The translations under genes and the position numbers were made by a program. From Schizochytrium sp. TIO01 (lineage: Eukaryota; Protista; Bigyra: Labyrinthulomycetes), in assembly GCA_004764695.1 (NCBI GenBank), contig SMSO01000032.1:7100483-7164482 (forward strand): a DNA stretch of 64,000 nt. Direction: 5' to 3'. The notes beneath the pieces were generated by a model. The model did no database searches. It was not told the DNA's origin and saw only the letters and a list, made by a program, of their open reading frames with translations. Of the stretch, positions 55,649 to 64,000 are shown piece after piece. The stretch's first letter is position 1, and every line of letters starts with the position of its first letter.

Positions 55649-57559
55649 TTAATGCAGTGGCTCTCCATTGATAAAAGTAGGCATATCCTTGTAATTATAT
55701 TCCATCAAATATGGGTTGAGCGTAGCTCCATTCTCAATGCGAGAAGCAAGCCTTCCCTCGTCCACAAGAACGCCTAGGTATGCTCTGTAATGCACCAATG
55801 TCTCTACAACCTTTCGCTTGCCAATCAATAATCCCAAGATCGAAACGAAGAAGAAGCTGTTGATTCGAATGAGAAGTGGCCCATACATGACAAGATCATC
55901 CTCAATGAATGTACTGGCATGCGTAAACTTTCCAAGAACCGTATAAATCGGACTGGCCCAAGCGCGACTAAATACACTATTGCCAAGTTTCCCTAGAAGA
56001 ATACATTTGTCATATTCACTGAGGCCCTGGATAGTAGTCTTCCCGGAGGATTTGCGACTTGATTTATTCATTATGCCACTGAAACGGTTTCGTCCAGAGC
56101 CTGAACGAATGGATGACAAACTGCCAACTCTTGCTGGGTTACGATATTTTAACTTCATCAGGGCACGGAATGCTGCAACGAGTAGTTCGAACGCAACCAA
56201 AAGCATCATTGTTATGAAAAATGGCTCGAAAAAGACCACATAAAAGATTTCAAGACCAGACATACCTACGCCATCCGCGATATTACATGTGACAGTTCCA
56301 ATAAGATCTCGCTCGATGTCATAGATAGCGCAATCGCGCTCAACAACCTGTCCCAAAGATCTTAGTGCAGATTGAGCAGATGTTTGAACAATATTGAACG
56401 AAATAAAACGCGCAGCTGTAGAAAGTACAAGCAAGATCGTACCGGTTGCATTAAATCGAAATTCGGACTGCCGAAACATTAAAGTAAGTATCAGGCTCGA
56501 GAAGGATGCAATCATCGCTGTAGACCAAAAGTCAGATATTGATGTATGTGGGTACAAGCCGACATCTAGAAATAAAAAACTCTGTGCACCTGTAAATACC
56601 GTAAATAGAAACATAATGAAGTTCCGCCCCGGAGATGTGAATAAACCACCGACAAGATCTGCTTTTACAAGCACACGTGTTTTTCTAATCTTGACCCCGC
56701 TCCAAAGAGTAGGGCAGGCCATAAGACGGCCACACGAGTTGATAAGAATGTCAATTAGCAGATAGTATGAGATAACATCTTGCCAAGGTATGTAATACTT
56801 TGTTTGGGCGTTTGATTTTGCTGATGAGTGTAGCTCTAAGTCAAGTTCGTACGTACTGTTTCTAACGAAGCGAGCATCTACAATATGTTCCTCAGTGTAT
56901 GTTACGCCAAAACCAATACTGTTCTTGGTTCGATAAAATTCAGTGATGGAAACTACTTCCTCTGCCTGAAAAGAAACAAACTGAAGTCCAAATATGTCGT
57001 TGGAAGTAACGCAAACTTCTTTACAACTGTGAAGCTTTTCGTTTGAATAGACTTGGCACATATATACCAACAAACCTTCTTTTCCAGATTCTCCTTCACA
57101 AGCATGACTAGCGAGAAACAAAACATGACTTTTAGAGCGAATGCCAACGAAATGGCTCATACCTGTATCTATCTCCGCAATTGCTATCTCGGAAGTGTTA
57201 AACCAGAGAAACTCGCCGTAGTCATTCACCGATCTGAAAGTCTGTATCATTATCTCCTGATCATAAATGTGGATCGAACCTTCCTGATTAAAATCCAAGA
57301 CCTTGGATTTGTAAACGACTTCTGGATGACCCCCTGTTCGAAAAGTAAATGCTCGCACCAAAAAGTACAAAGATGCAAACAAGGACACAATGTTCCCAAT
57401 GCATAGTATCTTAGAAAAATACTTGGTCTTCAGGGCAGCGAGCTTCTTCGCTGAGCCTTTGTTTCCCATAGCATCTCGCCCTGATGTTCCAGACTGAACT
57501 GAAGAGGTGACATACGAAGTGGGACGTGTTGAGGGTAGTGTAGAGGTAGGTGTTGTCAT
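55649..57559 (-). CDS. uncharacterised 6-TM membrane protein, paralogue 2 of 3
   Basis: ORF extends to 57598, first ATG at 57559 (MTTPTST). Same motif series as paralogues 1 and 3. Confidence 0.9.
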   Translation of the reverse strand: MTTPTSTLPSTRPTSYVTSSVQSGTSGRDAMGNKGSAKKLAALKTKYFSKILCIGNIVSLFASLYFLVRAFTFRTGGHPEVVYKSKVLDFNQEGSIHIYDQEIMIQTFRSVNDYGEFLWFNTSEIAIAEIDTGMSHFVGIRSKSHVLFLASHACEGESGKEGLLVYMCQVYSNEKLHSCKEVCVTSNDIFGLQFVSFQAEEVVSITEFYRTKNSIGFGVTYTEEHIVDARFVRNSTYELDLELHSSAKSNAQTKYYIPWQDVISYYLLIDILINSCGRLMACPTLWSGVKIRKTRVLVKADLVGGLFTSPGRNFIMFLFTVFTGAQSFLFLDVGLYPHTSISDFWSTAMIASFSSLILTLMFRQSEFRFNATGTILLVLSTAARFISFNIVQTSAQSALRSLGQVVERDCAIYDIERDLIGTVTCNIADGVGMSGLEIFYVVFFEPFFITMMLLVAFELLVAAFRALMKLKYRNPARVGSLSSIRSGSGRNRFSGIMNKSSRKSSGKTTIQGLSEYDKCILLGKLGNSVFSRAWASPIYTVLGKFTHASTFIEDDLVMYGPLLIRINSFFFVSILGLLIGKRKVVETLVHYRAYLGVLVDEGRLASRIENGATLNPYLMEYNYKDMPTFINGEPLH

Positions 57560-60219
57560 TGTGTTTGTGTGTTGCGTAGATTTCTGAAAACTTGCCAAGG
57601 CACAGGCTAATTTATAACGAGCTCAAGAACAAAATAAATTGACCCTGATCGCTATAAGAAAAAGACACTGCCCTTCAAGATTGGCAGATCTGATTAATAT
57701 TGATAGAATTGATGCCAGTGCTTGAGTGCGCCTTGTTTGGTTTGTTTCTACCTGAGCTAATCAAGTCCAGATGTAGATGTTTGAAAGATGATTGATTGTA
57801 TGCTACAGTTTGGCGTCTTCCACAAAGACTGTGTTTACAATTGGCGATTTCCTTTGTTGCTCCCCTGTTATTTGCACCTGTGTAGCACGATGGGTCTGAT
57901 TCGAAGGCACGAATTCACTTGGATCCCTCCAAAAATGAAATTGAGCACTGCGAAGAATGTCTCCCCTTATTCTAAAAAACATACTTAAATTATAAATCGT
58001 TAAGGTGTACTAGCATTTACATTATTTTTTATCCTCTTTGTTGTGAAAAATTAAAAGATTAGAAAAGAGTTTAGCACTAAACAACTTAATATAAAGAACC
58101 TATTAAAGTTCCGTTGAGACATCTAGCGTTTGACTTAATTTGAGACATTATGTTACGAAACGTGCTGCAAAGCAATAACATATCGTTCTTCATATCGTGT
58201 GAAAGTATAAAAATGAGATCATCAATAAGCGCAGAAGAAAACAGAGAACGAGCGAGAAGAACGATGACATCCATGTATGAATTTTTTAATACATAATGAA
58301 TAATGTCAATATGCTTGGCGTGTAGGACTATTAAAACAACCTCATTATTTTTAAAATGGCCCATCCCAGGCAAGTATTACGTGGGTGTTATGTAACGCAT
58401 ACATGTACTCTTTTTCAAGATTTTATCGCAAGCTCTTTTTACTTGACACCGAATCAAACAGATTTGGACTGACCCACCATATAATCTCTAAAATAATGCT
58501 TATGTAACCCCCAAGGCTGTTACAACTTTGATAAAAGTGATCAACTACAAAATATTAGGTGAAAGCATTAGTGCGTCATAATAGCCTTTCTGCGATTAAA
58601 ACCTCTTGCTTCAATTTCTCTTTGCAGTCCTTGGCTCCAGTATACCCCTCGAAACCATCGCTGAGAAATCACGCGAAAAACGGCAGTATCTAACAACATA
58701 CTCCATTGGCCTGTTTTTCTCGTTTATGCTCATGTAAAGTATAAAATCAGATCACTCTTGCTGTGGGCAATTCTTATTTTGTGCGACAGAATCAATGAGT
58801 ATGCGTGGTAGCATTCAGGCAACTTGCAATTTAACAAGAGTTGTGTTGCAGTGTAATTGCTTCGTCTAATATGTAGCCTACAAGGTTCCATTTTCGAGCT
58901 GGGTAGTGTGCAAGAAATCTAGATAATGCACCTGGAAGTTGGGTTTTTGACTTTCTGGAGCTGTTTGGGGCATACACACTAACAAGTAGATACGCGGGTA
59001 GCTGCAAGACTTACATGGCGTCCAAGCAAGCAAGCAAACAACTGCATAGCGAAATTAATTGTCTGATATAAGAGCTGGTGATGCAATGCGAAGTTTACCT
59101 CTTACTAGTTTAGGCGAGGGCTGTTTTGAAGAAGAAAACTAATAGATAACATCACACACCCAAGAAAGAGTCAATCAAAACCTTACGTATACGCGGCGAG
59201 AAATATTTTTCATAGGTTAGAAATCAGCTTGCTGAATATGGTACTCTCTCACTTTCATCAAAGCTCTGCATTCAAGCAATGCTAATAGGTGTCTTTTCAG
59301 CAGAAAACATCCATAGCAGGCGCAGAACGCTTTCATATGGCCTTTGCTAAACTTTTGTTCATTGATATCACTGCCTGTTACTTATAAAATTTTGTTCTAA
59401 AGCTTACCAAACTTTAATGGACATTGCTCACATATGAACTATACTCAGCCATGTCGTTCCAATTTGTAATTCATTTGCTCGGAGTCGGGAAGTGAGAAAA
59501 TACAATGGACCTTTCAGATAGCTATATTATATGATGATTTTGTGTTGTGACGAAACAAGAGTATGCTAGAAACCATGAATAACAGTCGTAGGATTTAAAT
59601 CAGTTTGGTGGTCACAGCATACATCTTTTTAGTAAATTGCTTTCAAACGATCAGCCTTCCGCGCGACCGAAATTGATTCTATCCTTGTTGCTGCTCGGTG
59701 AAAGTTTAAAACACATGAAGCTTATCATAGGAACCACTCCAAATAGCTGTAAAAATAACACCCTAATATAGTAGGACATTCAAGATTGAATAAACCTTGA
59801 CTTTTATCTCAAACCATCTCTCCAAAAGATTGGATAAGACTGTAAAAACGTCAAATGGAATATTTTGAGCCATCTTTGTGAAAAACATGAAAGCACTAGT
59901 CAGGGCATTGCCGATTGCATTTTTTTTTCACGCCCCCAAAAAATTATACGATTCTCGTATTCGAAACGATCGATTGCTGCGTAAGGTACTAATCCCTGTA
60001 CACACTTGACAATCTTGGGCATTACGAAAAAAACATACTAATATTAAAAATGAAAACCCATGAACGACTATTGCTTGTCAATATGTACAATGGTAACATA
60101 AAGATTTTTGTCTGAATGAAGTTCTTCACATTTGCAGAGATAGGAATGTGCTCATCGATTCCCTTTGCGAACTACAGTTCGTTATCTCGTTCAAATTGCA
60201 TCAACGCGCTTTCTCAGAA

Positions 60220-60246
60220 AAATAAATAAATAAATAAATAAATAAA
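60220..60246. repeat. (AAAT)n microsatellite
   Basis: aaataaataaataaataaataaataaa. Confidence 0.93.
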
Positions 60247-61326
60247 AAGGACCCTATGAGTTGGATTGTTCTCCTCCTGCGCCACAAAGTCGAAGCCGCA
60301 TGAGGATAGTTGGTGGAGAGATTAAGAGAGGCATTCGTATCAGGGGGCGTCTAACGGTATCGTACTGTTGCCATGTGAAACTATCCGTTTTGACCTGGTG
60401 TACAACTTTAAAAAAGATGAAGTGTAGGAGTGAAATTATCATACCTATTTAATTAAAAAAAGTATACTTTCCTTTCATGAACTTATTCAGACAAGCTCCA
60501 CCCGTATAGCTATGCCACTAATGTTTTATAGCCAGAATCAAGTCTCCATCAATCAGTGATGGTCTCGTGTGGAGGTATACAGGGCACATCACAGTTTTTC
60601 ACATTTAAAAATGAATAAAAATGAACAGTAATGTATATTACTCGAGTTCCCAGTAGAAATAAGGTTGTTCGATGAGTAGCCTATTGAGAATGTTTCTAAC
60701 TGGTTCCTTGCATACATATACCACTTTTACAGCGTCCTAATAAGAACAAACATAACCAAGCATTTGGCAATATGAAACATCGCTATTCACCCTTTGTGTC
60801 ATGCTTTAGAATGCGTTGGTCCTTAGTGTGGCTATTCGGCATACGTTGGCATATTGATGAGTTACTACGTAACATACATTCCATCTACAAATGTGTTAAG
60901 TCGAAATCACATGCTTGATTAGAAAAGAGATTGGCTTGTTATGAGAAGGAGTTAGTAGGGTCAGATGAAATTTATCGGCCTACTAATCCGTTGAACGTTT
61001 TCATACAGATAGAATATTTTTTCACTAGAAAAAGAAGAAAAAAAGAAGAGATGCTCTCACAGCTGCGATATGATGTAAAGGAGTCGCCTACAAGTTCTCC
61101 ACGGTACGAAAAGTATTTTTTATTCAAGGTAAGAATTGACAATGGCGATTGTGCATGTCGTTTCCAGGGACGCCTAATAATATATCATTAGGAGGAATAA
61201 AAGAAAAGAATCCGAACAGGTTCTTGTAGGCAAATCGGGATCAAGAGCATCGAGGCGAACTTTCGAGGCCATAGCCAAGTTGAATGGCTCGAAAATTAGC
61301 CAACACAGACTATAGAGTATTGTGCA

Positions 61327-63357
61327 ATGAGTAGCGCTGATGCTCTGGAGCTTGATGTGAGCAGGACACGATCTCAAGACCTTCGAGTTATTCGAAAGCC
61401 TAGCAAGAAGAAATTGTCACAGAGACTACTACAGAACGGAGAAAATGGAAACTCGACAATTGTTTCGACTGCGCCGTCATCTGCTTTTTCCACTGTTCAG
61501 TCCTCCGCCGTGGATGAATCAACAAGTACTAGTGCAGATATTCTTGGCAACCGCGGCAAGGCCAAAAAAAGAGCAGCGCTTCTAACTCGGGTTCGATCCT
61601 ACATTTTTACTCTTGCCAACATCGTATTTATTTTGGTGCTGGTTCAGTACTTGCTGCGTGGCTTTGCTTTCCAAACTGGGCACTATGATGAAGTTGCATA
61701 TAAAATTAAAAACATGAAATTCAAGGGGAACCATACCTTACACCCCGAAGAAGACGTCGTCACACTTCAGCTTTTTCGTAATCCGGAAGACATTGGCACA
61801 TATTTCTGGTTTTACTCATCAGAAATACGAATCGCCCAGGTTGACTCGGGTATGAGTCACTTCGTAGGTGTCCACACTGAAGATATGTTACTGTTTCTTT
61901 CAAGTCATGGCTGCTTTGGAGTTGCAAAAAGTACTGAAGGTTTACTTGGACTTCACTGTGATGTAGACTATGTCCAAAATCCTATTAATTGTACTCAAGT
62001 TTGTGTCGAGTCTAACTCAGACTATGGGATGATAGAATCGGAGCTTCAGTACGATATCAATTTTACTGTTCAGGAACTATACAAAACACAGAATAGTCTA
62101 GGTTTTGGCGTTGTCTCTGTGGAAGAACATCTTGTTGGCGTATCAAAACTCGCCACTGACAATGAGACTTACCAGATGAAATTGGAATTGAGAGCCCATT
62201 CCCGCTCTAATGCGCAGGACACTTATGGAATTCCCTGGCAGGATATTCTTGTATACCTTTTTGCGTTTGATCTATGTATGAACGTTTTTGCAAGACTAAT
62301 GACGACACCAGTGCTCTTAAATGGAGTTAAAATCCGTAAAACAAAAGTTTTGGTGAAGGCAGATCTAGCTGGTGGTTTATTTACATCACCTGGGCGTTAT
62401 TTTTCTATGTTTCTTCTTACGATTGTTTTTGGAGCACAGAATTACGTATTTTTAGATGCAGGGCATTACCCACATTCAATGGTATCTCATGTATGGTCTA
62501 TTGCAGGTATTACCTCAATGTCGGGAATGCTTCTCACGATCCTCATGACGGGCACTGAATACAGATTTTTCACCACAGGTACTATGTTGTTCTTCCTTGC
62601 CGGATTTGCTCGGGCAATCTTGTTGCAGCTAGTGATGGACAATGCGCAAACTTCCGTACGCAAGATTGGTCAGGTGCTGGAAAGGGATTGTACCCTCTTT
62701 GATGAAGAGCATATGCACCTTAGTGAGATTCGTTGCAATGTTGCTGATAGTGTTGGAATGTCTGGATTGGAGGTGTCCTATAAGATTTTCTTCGAACCAG
62801 TTGTAGTTACGATACTTTTGGTTTTCGCTCTTGAGATTATTGTAATTTTGTTCCACATTTCATGGTTTTGTATTAAAAAACGCGGGAAAGTTAACCCATC
62901 TACTATGTCACACTCCTCCGGTACCATGTCCATAAACAGTCGGCACAGATATCGCGTGAGCGCACAGTCGACTATTCAAGGTGTCAGCGATTATGACAAG
63001 TGCGTTCTTCTCAGTAATCTTGGACACAGCCATTTTAGTCGTCAATGGGCAAGCCCAATCAACACGGTCCTGGGAAAGTTCACGCATGCCAGTACATCAA
63101 TCGAAGATGACCTAGTAATGTACGGGCCAGTCCTAATTAAGATGAATTATTTCCCTTACGCAGCAATAGCAGGGCGGATTCTAGGAAAGCGAGAAACGGT
63201 CGAGTGGATTATTCGGAATAAATTTTATGTTGGTGTATTAGCTTCAAATGGAAAGTTAGCGTCGAAACGTGAAAATGGCATCAAAGTAAGCAACTACATT
63301 TCTGAATATAAATTTGACGAAATGCCTTATCTGCTGAGCGGGGAGCCACTGCAGTAA
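61327..63357 (+). CDS. uncharacterised 6-TM membrane protein, paralogue 3 of 3
   Basis: 676-aa ATG-initiated ORF with the same motif series and a longer N-terminal cytoplasmic extension. Confidence 0.9.
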   Translation: MSSADALELDVSRTRSQDLRVIRKPSKKKLSQRLLQNGENGNSTIVSTAPSSAFSTVQSSAVDESTSTSADILGNRGKAKKRAALLTRVRSYIFTLANIVFILVLVQYLLRGFAFQTGHYDEVAYKIKNMKFKGNHTLHPEEDVVTLQLFRNPEDIGTYFWFYSSEIRIAQVDSGMSHFVGVHTEDMLLFLSSHGCFGVAKSTEGLLGLHCDVDYVQNPINCTQVCVESNSDYGMIESELQYDINFTVQELYKTQNSLGFGVVSVEEHLVGVSKLATDNETYQMKLELRAHSRSNAQDTYGIPWQDILVYLFAFDLCMNVFARLMTTPVLLNGVKIRKTKVLVKADLAGGLFTSPGRYFSMFLLTIVFGAQNYVFLDAGHYPHSMVSHVWSIAGITSMSGMLLTILMTGTEYRFFTTGTMLFFLAGFARAILLQLVMDNAQTSVRKIGQVLERDCTLFDEEHMHLSEIRCNVADSVGMSGLEVSYKIFFEPVVVTILLVFALEIIVILFHISWFCIKKRGKVNPSTMSHSSGTMSINSRHRYRVSAQSTIQGVSDYDKCVLLSNLGHSHFSRQWASPINTVLGKFTHASTSIEDDLVMYGPVLIKMNYFPYAAIAGRILGKRETVEWIIRNKFYVGVLASNGKLASKRENGIKVSNYISEYKFDEMPYLLSGEPLQ

Positions 63358-64000
63358 GACGTAAAGAACCTTGATCAATCGATATGCTACTTGTGATGCA
63401 AATATCAGCTCGGAGCATCCTACGAGGCGCAGCATGTGACATTAAATTCGACTTGACAGTTTATAGTCAGAGGTCCCATTCGCTCAGGTAAATATTTCAA
63501 ATTGCATATTTTTATTTGCGATTCATAGCTGATCCTGCTCAGTCCTCTAATTAATTTTGTGGACTTAGAGTTATGAGGCTATACAAGCGATTCTACTCAT
63601 ATAGGCTTGGAGTCTTTGCGGGAAGCGCTGTTGCTTCCAAGTTTATATGTATTATATTTTAATCATACAAGAAAATGTATCTCTCAACCCTTCCCATTTT
63701 TTTTTTTTAAAGTTCATGCAAAATCTACTAGTATCAAAACAAATTAACCAAATTGATTAAAATTTTAACCAAGAAGGAAACAGAAGCAAGGTATCATATG
63801 GATCTAAGCGAGGGAACTTAATCGTTGGTCAACAATAAAATTTAATTTCTATCTATCAGAAACCTCTCATACAGTATCCAAAAATAGCTCAGAACTCATA
63901 CTGGGTTTTCAATATTGGTCCAGCTGGACCCCACCCAAGGAAGCAACTTCTTTTAGTGCTTGCTCTACTTCGTAAGCAAACTCTTCTGAGTCGGTGTCTG

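Noticed and set aside
52973-63357. Calling the three paralogues GPCRs or TRP channels
   Set aside because: Only about six convincing TM segments and no GPCR or TRP signature motifs. The resemblance is topological only.
63917-63930. 14-bp palindrome GGTCCAGCTGGACC, partly echoed at ~365-376
   Set aside because: A single short palindrome with no terminal-repeat pair or target-site duplication to support a MITE.

Overview
Eukaryotic nuclear DNA, most likely a stramenopile of the thraustochytrid/labyrinthulomycete type. This is inferred from the actin signature [15 protein letters not shown], the apparently intronless genes and the microsatellite-rich spacers. Fourteen long ORFs look like real genes. 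Clear housekeeping genes: actin, SYF1/XAB2, eIF3a and MPP10. Genes with recognisable domains: a MORN-repeat protein, a PH + coiled-coil + Costars (STARS/ABRA-type) protein lying tail-to-tail with actin, a polyQ + PHD + catalytically degenerate HDAC-fold protein, and a Yar1-like ankyrin fused to a Methyltransf_16 lysine methyltransferase. Three orphans: a 910-aa protein, a QE-repeat protein and a probably acylated ~290-aa protein. The last 12 kb is AT-richer and carries three paralogues (+, -, +) of an unrecognised ~650-aa membrane protein family. These share a consistent 6-TM topology, a Cys-containing glycosylated ectodomain and a highly conserved cytoplasmic C-terminal domain, and are the best candidate for an undescribed system. 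No tRNA, rRNA, CRISPR array or intact mobile element was recognised. All domain calls are by-eye motif recognition, not database searches.
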